Positions 18,544 through 28,239 of a stretch of DNA of 64,000 nucleotides are shown piece after piece. The stretch lies in sequence record PP989838.1; one strand, 5' to 3'. How positions within the stretch are numbered: the first letter of the stretch is position 1; each line of letters starts with the position of its first letter. Position numbers and translations under genes: made by a program. The stretch comes from Escherichia phage VTCCBPA_211. Under the pieces are notes generated by a model. The model saw only the letters and a program-made list of their open reading frames with translations, was not told the origin of the DNA and did not search any database.

Positions 18544-19200
18544 ATGAATGAACAATTACAAGCAACATTAATCGAAGCTATGGGAAGTGATCGTAGCGTA
18601 GTAAACGCAGCTCGAGTTTCCTTTGGCGTAACCCGTGAAGGTGATTTAAATGAACGTGATGAACGTCTCATCAACTTCCTCGCAAGAGAGAAGCATGTTA
18701 CTCCATTCCGACACCCACAAGTCAGTTTCCGATGCAAAGCACCTATCGCAATTGCGAGACAGTTGGGCAAGCATCAGGTTGGATTCTCGTGGAACGAAAT
18801 GTCCCGGCGGTATAAAGATGGAGCAGTTGAAGTCTTCATCCCTAAAGAGATTTTTGCGAGACCTTCGGACCTCCATGCAGGTTCAGGGGTTCAACTCATC
18901 GATGGAGAACGAGCTGAAGCGTTAATGTTGATTAATGATGCATATGAAGCTTCTCTAGCAGCATATGACAAGTTGATTGAATTCATTGCACCAGAGCAAG
19001 CTCGATTTGTTCTTCCTCAGGGGATGATCACTGAGTGGGTATGGACTGGTTCTTTGTATGGCTGGTTTGAGTTATGTCGTCAGCGACTCTCCTCTCACGC
19101 TCAATATGAAGTTCGAGTGTTTGCTAAATCTCTGGATGAAGAGATGGCTAAACTTTACCCAATCTCATGGGCAGCTCTGAAGAAAACTTTGGAGAATTAA
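18544..19200 (+). CDS. thyX: flavin-dependent thymidylate synthase ThyX
   Basis: ThyX-like architecture with an RQRLSSHAQ segment corresponding to the ThyX RHR...S motif. Confidence 0.65.
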   Translation: MNEQLQATLIEAMGSDRSVVNAARVSFGVTREGDLNERDERLINFLAREKHVTPFRHPQVSFRCKAPIAIARQLGKHQVGFSWNEMSRRYKDGAVEVFIPKEIFARPSDLHAGSGVQLIDGERAEALMLINDAYEASLAAYDKLIEFIAPEQARFVLPQGMITEWVWTGSLYGWFELCRQRLSSHAQYEVRVFAKSLDEEMAKLYPISWAALKKTLEN

Positions 19201-19334
19201 TGTTGGAAGAAGATGACGATGTGTTCTGCACCAAGTGTGGGATGACAGTTGATGATGCATATGACCCAAGTGTAGAAATCTGCCCTTGTTGTGGAGTATG
19301 TGAATATTGCTGTTCCCACAACTCAGAGGATTAG
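19200..19334 (+). CDS. small Cys-rich zinc-ribbon protein (44 aa)
   Basis: CTKCG ... CPCCGVCEYCC; start overlaps thyX stop. Confidence 0.3.
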   Translation: MLEEDDDVFCTKCGMTVDDAYDPSVEICPCCGVCEYCCSHNSED

Positions 19335-19346
19335 CAGGAATTTCTG

Positions 19347-19580
19347 ATGAAAATCAAACATATTACAGATATTCAGGAGGCATTTAGGATGCTTCCTCGA
19401 AGAGAGAAGGATAAGATTAAAAAGCTTATTCAAGTTTATGGTCATACATCTAAAGATGATGTAGACTATATGCCTTCTACTTTCGTAGAGTGTGGGATTG
19501 CTCGCGGTTTCACATTCGACCATAAAGTGTTTCAGCAATTCGTTGACCACTGGAGAAAAGATGGAAAAGAAAGTCTGTAG
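19347..19580 (+). CDS. hypothetical protein (77 aa)
   Basis: ORF. Confidence 0.35.
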   Translation: MKIKHITDIQEAFRMLPRREKDKIKKLIQVYGHTSKDDVDYMPSTFVECGIARGFTFDHKVFQQFVDHWRKDGKESL

Positions 19581-19746
19581 CTTCTGTAAGAAAGAAAAGC
19601 CGATCATCAATTTTAAGCCCAATCCTGTGACTGGTTTGTCTCATGTTATGTGCCACTCCTGTAGGACATACCTTGAAACAAAGCACACTATCAATAGGTT
19701 GCACTATTATCACCCAACAACATTCAAATTTAAGGTTGTGAAATGA
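19561..19746 (+). CDS. small zinc-finger-like protein (61 aa)
   Basis: ATG at 19561; CSFC...CHSC pairs. Confidence 0.3.
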   Translation: MEKKVCSFCKKEKPIINFKPNPVTGLSHVMCHSCRTYLETKHTINRLHYYHPTTFKFKVVK

Positions 19747-19946
19747 AAACTTTGTGGACTCTTGACTGCCAAGACGAGGACGGAGAGCGTTGGACTTGGA
19801 AATATTTCCTAGGGAAACCGACACCTGATAATCCTGCTTTGGATTGTGCTTCATATGAAGACGCCAAGAAATTGGTAAACGGAGAGAAAGTTCGGTCTCC
19901 GGATAATGAAGTTATGTACTTTTTAACAGAACGGAAATTTTCATAA
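19743..19946 (+). CDS. hypothetical protein (67 aa)
   Basis: ORF. Confidence 0.35.
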   Translation: MKTLWTLDCQDEDGERWTWKYFLGKPTPDNPALDCASYEDAKKLVNGEKVRSPDNEVMYFLTERKFS

Positions 19947-20269
19947 TGATCGATGGTAATACATTTAGGACTTCAAATGGAAGTGAAATAAGTCCCGCTG
20001 AAGTAATCAATCGGCATAGAAGGCAATTGATCATCCATTCCTATTTGTATTACTGGTTGGATGACCCTATCTGGTCTGATGATAAATGGCAACAAGTTGC
20101 TAATGATCTAGTGGAGCTACAAGCCCTGTATCCAGAACCTACCGGAGTCTTTGACAACGAGTTTAAAGATTGGGATGGTTCTACAGGTATGCATCTCCCA
20201 CATAACGAAGCTGTTGCTTGTATGGCGACAGCTGTTTACAGACTTCATAAAGAGGTTAACGTCGCATGA
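19946..20269 (+). CDS. hypothetical protein (107 aa)
   Basis: ORF. Confidence 0.4.
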   Translation: MIDGNTFRTSNGSEISPAEVINRHRRQLIIHSYLYYWLDDPIWSDDKWQQVANDLVELQALYPEPTGVFDNEFKDWDGSTGMHLPHNEAVACMATAVYRLHKEVNVA

Positions 20270-20449
20270 GCGTAGTTTATGTTCTAGAAAGATACGCTGA
20301 AGATCGCAACAGTATTGTTGCCATATTTAAATATGCCCGGATGTTGAGGACATTTTGAATGTGACTCACTTAACTGATGTTGATAAAATCAAAGACCTCA
20401 TCAGGAATGACAATGCCCACATAGGTGACTCTCTGTGGTCTCTTACTGA

Positions 20450-20647
20450 ATGGACATTGTGGTGAAGTGCTCTAAATGTGAAGGAACAAACCTTCATTTA
20501 AGTAACAAGGTTATCAGAGAGCTTGCCAAAGGCTCTCCAACCAAAGGGAAGAACAAACGATTTACTAACGTCAGGGTTTACACAGCAATCTGTAAAGATT
20601 GTTTAACTACTGAGTGTCATTACGAAGAAATTGGAGAGCGTAAATGA
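20450..20647 (+). CDS. small zinc-ribbon protein (65 aa)
   Basis: CSKCEG ... CKDC. Confidence 0.35.
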   Translation: MDIVVKCSKCEGTNLHLSNKVIRELAKGSPTKGKNKRFTNVRVYTAICKDCLTTECHYEEIGERK

Positions 20648-21387
20648 GTCGTCGTCAATCACGGAAAGAATCACGGAAAGACCTTCGTCGGGAAGCACTT
20701 GTCACTCGTAAGGGTAAGCGAGAGTTTGAAGAGGTGGTTTTAGCAAAGCCTGTAGTCCCTCAGAACCAGTTTCAGTCTGAGCTACTCAATGCTATTAAGA
20801 CTAAACAAGTTGTGTTCACAGACGCTCCTGCGGGCTGTGGTAAGACCTTTGTAATCACTTCCACAGTTATTGATGCACTGAAGAGCGGTAAGATTCAGAA
20901 GATCATTCTGAGTCGACCTTCGGTTGGCATGGGCAATTCTCTTGGGCTACTTCCGGGAGGAATGCGTGAGAAGTTTGAACCATACCTGATGCCTATCATT
21001 GATGTTATCACTCAGCGATATGGTAAGGGGTTCTATGAATGCCAACTTGGTAACAGTAACATTGAGTTCGTACCTCTGGAATATCTCCGTGGTCGTTCTT
21101 TCAATGATGCTATTGTTATTGTTGATGAGTTCCAGAATACCACTAAAGATGAAGCCTTCTCAATCATGACTCGATTGGGAGAAACCTCTCAGCTGTTCTG
21201 CATGGGTGATACAAACCAGCATGATATGCGTGGTCGTGAGAGTGGTCTTACTTGGGCTACTAATTTTATTGATGAACACGATCTGTATGAGTTCGCTGAG
21301 ATTGTAGACGGCGAATCAGATGACATTGTTCGTTCTGGTTTCTGTAAAGCCATTGTTAAAGCTATGGAAAAGGAACAAGATAAATGA
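20644..21387 (+). CDS. phoH: PhoH-like P-loop ATPase
   Basis: Walker A DAPAGCGKTF and Walker B-like IVIVDEFQN, PhoH-like length. Confidence 0.65.
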   Translation: MSRRQSRKESRKDLRREALVTRKGKREFEEVVLAKPVVPQNQFQSELLNAIKTKQVVFTDAPAGCGKTFVITSTVIDALKSGKIQKIILSRPSVGMGNSLGLLPGGMREKFEPYLMPIIDVITQRYGKGFYECQLGNSNIEFVPLEYLRGRSFNDAIVIVDEFQNTTKDEAFSIMTRLGETSQLFCMGDTNQHDMRGRESGLTWATNFIDEHDLYEFAEIVDGESDDIVRSGFCKAIVKAMEKEQDK

Positions 21388-21569
21388 AAGTCGCTTTAGT
21401 TATCCGAGATTGTGGTGATGGTTCAGCAACCATCGACTTCTACAAAAATATCGAACGAGCGTGTTTTGAGTGTGAAGAGTTCAATGAAGACACCTGCATG
21501 AATGATGGAGAACCTACTATCATTGACGTTCCTGATGATTTTGTACCACCGGGAGGGTGGAGTGAATAG
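21384..21569 (+). CDS. hypothetical protein (61 aa)
   Basis: ORF. Confidence 0.3.
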   Translation: MKVALVIRDCGDGSATIDFYKNIERACFECEEFNEDTCMNDGEPTIIDVPDDFVPPGGWSE

Positions 21570-21759
21570 CACTCAAGAGTTAGTGATAGAAGAGATTAAA
21601 GCTCAGATAGTTGATAAACTCTCTATCAGGGTTGATTCTAAAGACACCAAATGCTCTGGTATATTGAAGATAGAACTTCTTTACAATGGAGAAGTTATTT
21701 CCTTTGATGAGGTATATGCCTCTGATATTAAATACTTAGCAGAGTTTTAATAGCATCCA

Positions 21760-21768
21760 TAATGTATA
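21760..21768 (+). promoter_or_regulatory. promoter motif TAATGTATA
   Basis: Exact motif 36 nt upstream of the ATG at 21805. Confidence 0.5.
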
Positions 21769-21804
21769 CTCCTTAGTGTACACTGATATATTAAGGAGTT
21801 TTAA

Positions 21805-22128
21805 ATGGCAGATCATGTAGGAAAGAGAGATTATGCACAAGAAAGACGTACCGCAATTGCCCGTGGTGAAACAGGCGTTGGGAGCAAGAGCGGAGATGCT
21901 CAGCGCCACCGTGCACGTCGCATCGTTGAAAAGCGCGATGGAAAAGCTGCTGTCAGAGGTAAAGATGTTGGACACAAACGAGCCATCAAGTCAGGAGGCT
22001 CTAATGCGTCAAGCAACTTACGTGTTGAAACAGTCAGCGGAAATCGTTCAGCTGGCGGCAAAAGTGGAGATCGAGCTGGGAAGGCAGCTGGTGCTGCTAA
22101 GCGAAAAGGAGCTTTAAGCTCATCGTAA
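21805..22128 (+). CDS. highly basic Lys/Arg/Gly/Ala-rich protein (107 aa)
   Basis: Own TAATGTATA motif upstream, AAGGAG SD, strong terminator downstream; preferred over the overlapping 21833..22117 frame. Confidence 0.5.
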   Translation: MADHVGKRDYAQERRTAIARGETGVGSKSGDAQRHRARRIVEKRDGKAAVRGKDVGHKRAIKSGGSNASSNLRVETVSGNRSAGGKSGDRAGKAAGAAKRKGALSSS

Positions 22129-22133
22129 TATAA

Positions 22134-22163
22134 GGCTACCCAAATGGGTGGCCTTTTCTTTTA
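22134..22163 (+). terminator. rho-independent terminator
   Basis: GGCTACCC-AAAT-GGGTGGCC hairpin followed by TTTTCTTTT. Confidence 0.6.
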
Positions 22164-22196
22164 TATAAACCAAATTAAACTTCTTAGGTAATAAAT

Positions 22197-22448
22197 ATGT
22201 CTATTGTAAAATCTGTAAATATCATTGATGTAATGTCTAACAATCGTATGGTTAAATGGAAGTTCACCAATAATCACGGCATTGCTAATATCATTGCAAA
22301 CCAGATTAGTCATAACCCAAAAACAGCTCGTACTAACGTAATCCTACGTGGTGCTGATGGTAAATTCATTTCTTATAAGAATAAAGGTGTAGAGAAAGAA
22401 TTCCGTGTTGCAGTAGAAAACCTCATCCCATTCCCTAAAGGATTTTAA
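22197..22448 (+). CDS. hypothetical protein, paralog pair member 1 (83 aa)
   Basis: Shares KTARTNVILRGADGKFISY...LIPFPKGF with the next ORF. Confidence 0.45.
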   Translation: MSIVKSVNIIDVMSNNRMVKWKFTNNHGIANIIANQISHNPKTARTNVILRGADGKFISYKNKGVEKEFRVAVENLIPFPKGF

Positions 22449-22449
22449 T

Positions 22450-22734
22450 ATGAATAAATTAGCTATGGTTCAAATTCGAGACACTTTCCCTCTGCGTGAG
22501 AATATGAAACCACGCACTTGGTCTTACCTGCTAGCTGAGAGTAAGACTATCAACAAATATTTTGTAGAGATTGGTTGTATCCCAACCAGTATTACTTTGC
22601 TTCCTCATAAAACAGCTAGAACTCATGTGATGCTACGTGACAGCAAAGGTAAGTTTATCTCTTACCGTGATGAACGAATCAATAGCGATATCAAAAATGC
22701 TATGGAATCTTTAATGCCGTTCCCAAAAGGTTAA
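22450..22734 (+). CDS. hypothetical protein, paralog pair member 2 (94 aa)
   Basis: KTARTHVMLRDSKGKFISY...LMPFPKG. Confidence 0.45.
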   Translation: MNKLAMVQIRDTFPLRENMKPRTWSYLLAESKTINKYFVEIGCIPTSITLLPHKTARTHVMLRDSKGKFISYRDERINSDIKNAMESLMPFPKG

Positions 22735-22897
22735 GTTATGAAAGAGTACATCTATGTAGGACAGCGCTGGTTTGGTGATGAATGGGAAGGTGGTTACAGC
22801 GTTGTGAAAGCTTTTAAGTCTGAAGAAGATGCCAAGGCATGGGTCTTAAAAGATGACGTTGGCGAGAGAACTTACATTGAAGTAGAGGTGGAGTAAA

Positions 22898-23320
22898 ATG
22901 CCATTACCAACTAGACACCAAAACCGTTTCCTAGTTCTTAAGTGGGATGATATCGAAATGAATCTCACTGAACATGAACTGGATTTGTTCCATGAGCTTT
23001 TGTCAGAGATTCGCTCTGGTATTCCTGAACGTCAGTATGTAGTTATCAGTGATAAACATCCTCAAGAGTTTGAAGAAGCTTGGGGTATGAAGTTAGCTTA
23101 CATTCAGAGAGCTATCCGAGAAAGAGAAGAAGTCGCTAACCAAAGGGTTGTGGCTCATTTAGTACGAGAGCAACCTCGTGAAGCTAGGGCTAACCATGCA
23201 CCACCTCCACCTACTCCTCGGATAGTTGTTAACGGGGCGGTTAGGGCTTACAGTTATGAAGCTACCATATCAGATATGATAGAAGATAACCAAGCATTTA
23301 CAGATTTACTTTACCAATAA
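22898..23320 (+). CDS. hypothetical protein (140 aa)
   Basis: ORF. Confidence 0.4.
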   Translation: MPLPTRHQNRFLVLKWDDIEMNLTEHELDLFHELLSEIRSGIPERQYVVISDKHPQEFEEAWGMKLAYIQRAIREREEVANQRVVAHLVREQPREARANHAPPPPTPRIVVNGAVRAYSYEATISDMIEDNQAFTDLLYQ

Positions 23321-23336
23321 TTTAAAGGAGTATAAA

Positions 23337-24682
23337 GTGAGCAACCCGGACGCTCTTCCATTTTTGACAGAGATGACTGTCGCTGATATAATCTCTAAGC
23401 AAGCAAAGCACGGAGTGAGTTTCAACCGAAGAAATGCTCGGTGGTATGTTCACCTCCTTAAAGAGATTATTGTTAATATTGACAGAGAGTTGATTCCTCT
23501 CTTACCTAAGATGAGATTAGACGGCTCTACTTATATGAAGCCGTTTAAGAAGTCTGGAGCTTTACAGAAGTGGCCTCAAGCTTATTGTGATAGGGTTGGG
23601 CTGAAGAGAGAAGATATTGGTGGAGCTTTCACCTGTGTCGAATATGTAGACTTTGACCCATCGAAAGATGCACGAGTTAAAGAAGCTCTTATGGATGAGG
23701 GCTTTCTTCCTCCAGAGTTTAATGTATCTAAGAAGCCTTGGAATACTTTCGAAATTAAGAAAGATATGAGAAAGTATGGAACATACCAAGCATGGTATAC
23801 TGCTTGGATGCGAGGCAATGCTAAGCAGAAGCAGACAGCCGAGATGGTTGACGCTGATATTAAGAAGTTCTTAGAAAAGCATTTCAGGTTTAAAACTAAG
23901 AACTATATGAAGGCTTACGTATTTGGTTTGGGATTAAACCCTAATCGTCGTAATCCTGTAACGTTTGATGAGATTAAGAAAGCGCTAGCCACATCAAACA
24001 AGTGGCCTACAGCTCCTACAAACCTCGAGGAGACTCTTGAAGAAGGGTTAGGGGGTGAGCTAGGGAGTGTCGGAAGTTTGCTTAAGAGACGCGTTGTAGC
24101 GGCTCACAGGCTAGGTCTTATCAGTGGACTTATAGCAAAGGAACGCGAAGATGGTAAACTTTCGGCAGAAGCTAACAGCTGCGCTACGCCGACTTTTCGA
24201 TTCAAACATCGTATCGTGGTTAATATTCCCTCCCGTGGTCTGTTTGGTCACGAGTGTCGCAGTTTGTTTGAGTCTGACTATAACTCAGACAGTGATCACT
24301 CTCGTCCTTTCGTTATTACTAACGCTGTTCCTGATGGTTGTTATATACGAAAAGGTACTAACGTAATTTACGAGAAAGGTAAGCCGGGGAAGAAAGACAA
24401 ACCTGTAGGCGCTTACAAATATTACATACCCGCTGGTAAAGAAGTATTCTTAGGGTATGATGGTTCTGGACTTGAACTTCGTATGTTAGTGCATTATCTT
24501 GTGAAAGAGTGCCTTGACATGATGGAAGAAGCCAAAGCAGAGAACGATAAAATTAAGTATCTAAGGGCTGAGAAAGGTTTAGAGGCTGCTTATACTTATC
24601 GAGAGGTTCTTCTCTCAGGTGATATCCATTCCCACAACCAGAAACTAGCTGGCCTACCAACTAGAGATAATGCAAAGACGTT
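23337..24682 (+). CDS. DNA polymerase I family polymerase domain, exon 1
   Basis: Motif A LGYDGSGLELRML and start of motif B RDNAKTF, collinear with T7 DNA polymerase; GTG start with AAAGGAG SD. Confidence 0.75.
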
Positions 24683-25370
24683 TAACACAATGGGCGTCTA
24701 TAAATTCCTTTAATTCGGTGGACATCTAGAACAGATAATACCGAGCCAAGCCATCCAATCTGCCTTGAAGACAAGGAGGTGGATTATGATTTGCAGGATT
24801 TGTAAAGAAGATAAAAGCGAAGACAATTTCCACAGAAACAGAACAAACGTGACTGGACTAGACTACAGGTGTAAAGCTTGTAGGAGAGAAGAAGCACGAA
24901 TTGGAAGAGAGAGCAATTACTTCCAACACTACTGTAGAGGAAAGAAATCTGAATGTAAGATAAAGGGTTATGATTTTGACTTAACTCCAGAGTTCTTAGA
25001 AGAGATTTGGACAGGATATTGTCCAATATTTGGTGTAGAAATCTCAAGAGCTTCGGAAGGAAGAGGATCTCACAACTCAGCACATTTGGACAGAATAGAT
25101 TCAAGTAAGGGTTACCTAATAGGTAACGTATCTTGGATTAGCGGCAGAGCAAACCGTATAAAATATGATGCTACTGCTAAAGAGCTTAGATCTATTGCAG
25201 ATTGGATGGAAGGTGTAACGACTAGTCGTGATGAGTTTAGCGACGTAGGGCCAAGCGGCTCGAAACAAGGAACCTCTTAAAAGAGGAAGAGATAGTCTGC
25301 TCTGCATGGGGACATGCAGCAGTTCATAAGAGAACGGGGGGAGTGGTAGCGTACTCCCTTGAACATCAGG
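24683..25370 (+). mobile_element. group I intron in the DNA polymerase gene
   Basis: Begins with the same 11-mer TAACACAATGG as the helicase intron; guide GGGCGTCT pairs with exon end AGACGTT; R-like AACGACTAG and S-like AAGAGATAGTCT; G at 25370; splicing restores KTF-IYGFLYGAG. Confidence 0.6.
24786..25280 (+). CDS. HNH homing endonuclease (intron-encoded)
   Basis: HNH motifs (HLDRIDSSKGY ... NVSWISGRANRIK), Cys pairs; ATG at 24786 with AAGGAGGTGG SD. Confidence 0.75.
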   Translation: MICRICKEDKSEDNFHRNRTNVTGLDYRCKACRREEARIGRESNYFQHYCRGKKSECKIKGYDFDLTPEFLEEIWTGYCPIFGVEISRASEGRGSHNSAHLDRIDSSKGYLIGNVSWISGRANRIKYDATAKELRSIADWMEGVTTSRDEFSDVGPSGSKQGTS

Positions 25371-25869
25371 TATCTATGGATTTCTATATGGGGCAGGCGC
25401 AGCTAAGATTGGAGAGATTGTTGGAGGAGGCGCTCAAGAGGGTGAAATTCTCAGAGAACGTTTCTTAGCAGAATGCCCTTGTATCCCAATTGTCTTGGAG
25501 AGAGTACAAGCTCGTGCAGAAACAGGCACTCTTGAAGGTGTGGATGGTCGTAAGTTGACCATGAGACGGGATGCCACTGGTAAAGTTATGGTTCATAAAG
25601 CACTAAACACTTTACTTCAGAGTGCGGGTGCTATTGTCATGAAATATTCTATTCTCTTCACAAACAAGTGGGTAGATCAGCAGAACATTAGGGGTAACAA
25701 AGTAATTGACTACCATGATGAAGCTCAGTGGTCTGTTAACCGTAACGATGTTGATAAGATGAAAAAGATAGCTGAGACTTGTGTCAAGAAGGCGGGTGAG
25801 TACCTAAACATGCACTGTGAGCTAGCTTCTGATTGTAAAATCGGACTGAATTGGATGCAAACTCACTAA
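25371..25869 (+). CDS. DNA polymerase I family polymerase domain, exon 2
   Basis: In-frame YGFLYGAGAAKIGEIVGGG (rest of motif B) and motif C VIDYHDEAQW; the reading frame is open upstream of the track ORF. Confidence 0.7.
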
Positions 25870-26039
25870 ACACAGAACTGAAAGAATAGAATACAAATGA
25901 ACTAGTCTTATTGATTAGTTCATAATAAGGAGATTGAAGTGGAAGAGATGCCATCGGATTGGTGTTATCGTCAGAGCGCCATCTGTAATGAACAAGGACG
26001 TCCTGATGAAGCTGAGTTTTATTTAGAACTAGCTGAACT

Positions 26040-26234
26040 GTGGAAAGAACGAGAGGAGAAAGAGTGATGGAAGGTATCTACCGTAAGCCACCTCCGAAGT
26101 ATAACATCCTTTACACTGACGCAACAGGTGAGTTTAGAAGTGTGTTAGTTTACACGGATGAAGAACGAAACCAAATGGTTGCTGCTATTGAAGCCAATGG
26201 TGGTACAATCATGCGAATTTATAACATAACATAA
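26040..26234 (+). CDS. hypothetical protein (64 aa)
   Basis: ORF. Confidence 0.35.
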   Translation: MERTRGERVMEGIYRKPPPKYNILYTDATGEFRSVLVYTDEERNQMVAAIEANGGTIMRIYNIT

Positions 26235-26425
26235 GGAATATCAATGACTGCTTCTGAATTAAAAGAAACCCTATCCACCGAAGAAGGTAAAGCTTTCTTC
26301 TTATCTCAAGTACACTCTATGGGTAAAGATGCCCTTCGCCAAGCAGTCGTTGAGCTTACTGGTGTAGTGATTGACTTGAGTATTGAAAACGAAACACTTG
26401 AAGCTAAAGTGAACAGTTAAATAAG

Positions 26426-26450
26426 AAGCTGCCTTCGGGCGGCTTTTCTT
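26426..26450 (+). terminator. rho-independent terminator
   Basis: AAGCTGCC-TTCG-GGCGGCTT hairpin followed by a T-rich run. Confidence 0.5.
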
Positions 26451-26466
26451 GTCTAAAGGATTTGAC

Positions 26467-26859
26467 ATGAATATTGGTTTAGATTACGATGACACTTACA
26501 CCTCAGATAAAAAGCTGTGGCGCTCTGTGGTGGCATTAATGCAAGAAAAGGGCTACGATGTACGCTTTGTAACTTATCGCTTTGCAGAGCCTAATGGGTA
26601 TGATAATTATGACATTAAGATTGATGCAGAGTGTTTGCAGATTCCTATCATCTTTTGTAATGGTGTGCAGAAGGATGAGGTGTGTCGACAGTTAGGTTTC
26701 TTCGTCGATATCTGGATTGATGACTTCCCTGTTGGAATCCCCAAAAAGGACCACCTAGACGGTATGCTGAAGGGCGTAAGACTTAATGACCTTAGGGCAG
26801 CACCTCCTGTAGAAATAGCCGCTCCTGTGTACTCTGAAGAGCCTCTGGTTATACGTTAA
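26467..26859 (+). CDS. HAD-superfamily phosphatase-like protein
   Basis: N-terminal DYDDT (DxDxT) and C-terminal FFVDIWIDDFP; ATG at 26467 with AAAGGA SD. Confidence 0.4.
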   Translation: MNIGLDYDDTYTSDKKLWRSVVALMQEKGYDVRFVTYRFAEPNGYDNYDIKIDAECLQIPIIFCNGVQKDEVCRQLGFFVDIWIDDFPVGIPKKDHLDGMLKGVRLNDLRAAPPVEIAAPVYSEEPLVIR

Positions 26860-26871
26860 TAAGGAAATTAA

Positions 26872-27093
26872 ATGATTTGGATTCACACTTATAGAATTGG
26901 GAAGAAAGGGCTTACTACTATTCACACATCTGAAGATAGTGCTAAAGCATCTCAGGCTGTACTGAAAGGAAAAATCACACCTTATGTAGTCGCTGAAGAA
27001 AAGAAGAGTCCTCCAGTTCTGGAATACTTAGGAACAGGTAAAGCTTATACAGCACTGGATGTTATTAACAATAAACAAGGAGATGTGGCATAA
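26872..27093 (+). CDS. hypothetical protein (73 aa)
   Basis: ORF. Confidence 0.35.
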   Translation: MIWIHTYRIGKKGLTTIHTSEDSAKASQAVLKGKITPYVVAEEKKSPPVLEYLGTGKAYTALDVINNKQGDVA

Positions 27094-27095
27094 AA

Positions 27096-27311
27096 ATGGA
27101 ATACATTGATAAATACTCAAGTGAAGATTCAACAGACGCTGAAGTTTTGTTCATACTAAAAACTGACTGTCTTGAACATGGTCAACTTATCAATTTCATT
27201 GAGTTGGCAAAACTTAAAGAAGAGATAGATCAACTATACAGTGATGAGCAATCCAGATTACTTTCTCTATCCCTTCTAGGTGATTTAACTTGCGACGGGT
27301 GCACTATCTAA
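27096..27311 (+). CDS. hypothetical protein (71 aa)
   Basis: ORF. Confidence 0.35.
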   Translation: MEYIDKYSSEDSTDAEVLFILKTDCLEHGQLINFIELAKLKEEIDQLYSDEQSRLLSLSLLGDLTCDGCTI

Positions 27312-27320
27312 GAGGTCTTT

Positions 27321-27824
27321 ATGGCTGAAGTTTATTTTGCAGGGGATGGTCACTTAGGCCATCGCAACATCTGTAGTTTTCGTAAGCAATTTAAAACCAT
27401 CGAAGAACACGACAAAGCAATCCTAGCTGCATTTGATCATGTAACTAAGCGTGATAAAATCTTCTTTACCGGTGATTGGGTGTTTGAAAAGTATGCCCTT
27501 GATATCATCGCTGAAGTAAGAGGAGAGAAGCATCTAGTCTTAGGGAACCATGACAGGTTAGAACTTCTCCCTGATATGATGAAAGTCTTCCGTAGAATCT
27601 CTGGTGATTATAAATATAAAGAGTTTTGGGTAACTCATATTCCTATTCACACTGATGAGATGAGAGGGAAGTTTAATATTTATGCTCATACTCATAACCA
27701 CGTAATTGATGATTGGAGATATTTCTGTACATCAATGGAGCAAATTAACTATAAAGCTGTTTCTCTGCAAGAGATTAGGAAGGTCTTTGATGAAAGAAGA
27801 AAAGAACAAGATCTCATTATTTAA
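27321..27824 (+). CDS. metallophosphoesterase (calcineurin-like phosphatase)
   Basis: GDGHLGH, GDWVFE and LGNHD motifs. Confidence 0.55.
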   Translation: MAEVYFAGDGHLGHRNICSFRKQFKTIEEHDKAILAAFDHVTKRDKIFFTGDWVFEKYALDIIAEVRGEKHLVLGNHDRLELLPDMMKVFRRISGDYKYKEFWVTHIPIHTDEMRGKFNIYAHTHNHVIDDWRYFCTSMEQINYKAVSLQEIRKVFDERRKEQDLII

Positions 27825-28230
27825 AGAACCTGTAGTTTATAAAGACTCTATCAGAGATCAGTATAATGAGATGTTAAAGAAACAATCTGATTCTAATCTT
27901 CGTTATCAGAGGATAGTAGAACAAACTAACTTTAAAGGTTTACTTGAATGGTAACTTATATCCTTTACTTTTTAGCTTTCTTAGGAATAATCTTTTTATC
28001 TATTATTCTTGAATTTGGTTTAAGTAAGTTAGTTAATTATTTAGGTAATAAGTAATTATTATTCTTTTAAATAGAGAATCAAAGTCCCTAGGAGTCCCTA
28101 CAACCTAAATCAAGGATTCCTTAATTCTCTATTTTTATCTCGCAGGTGGCTCCTGCCCTTCGGTACTTGCAAGGGATTCTGTGAATTGCCCAATATACAA
28201 GCCTGCAATAACTTTATCAGCTATACAATA

Positions 28231-28239
28231 TATACATTA
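28231..28239 (-). promoter_or_regulatory. TAATGTATA motif in antisense orientation
   Basis: Reverse complement of TATACATTA; points away from the SSB-like gene toward the upstream plus-strand operon. Confidence 0.3.

Noticed and set aside
21833-22117. Alternative-frame ORF overlapping the basic-protein gene
   Set aside because: The 21805 frame starts at an ATG with an AAGGAG site right after the promoter motif; the 21833 frame has no ribosome-binding site. Both cannot be confirmed without proteomics.
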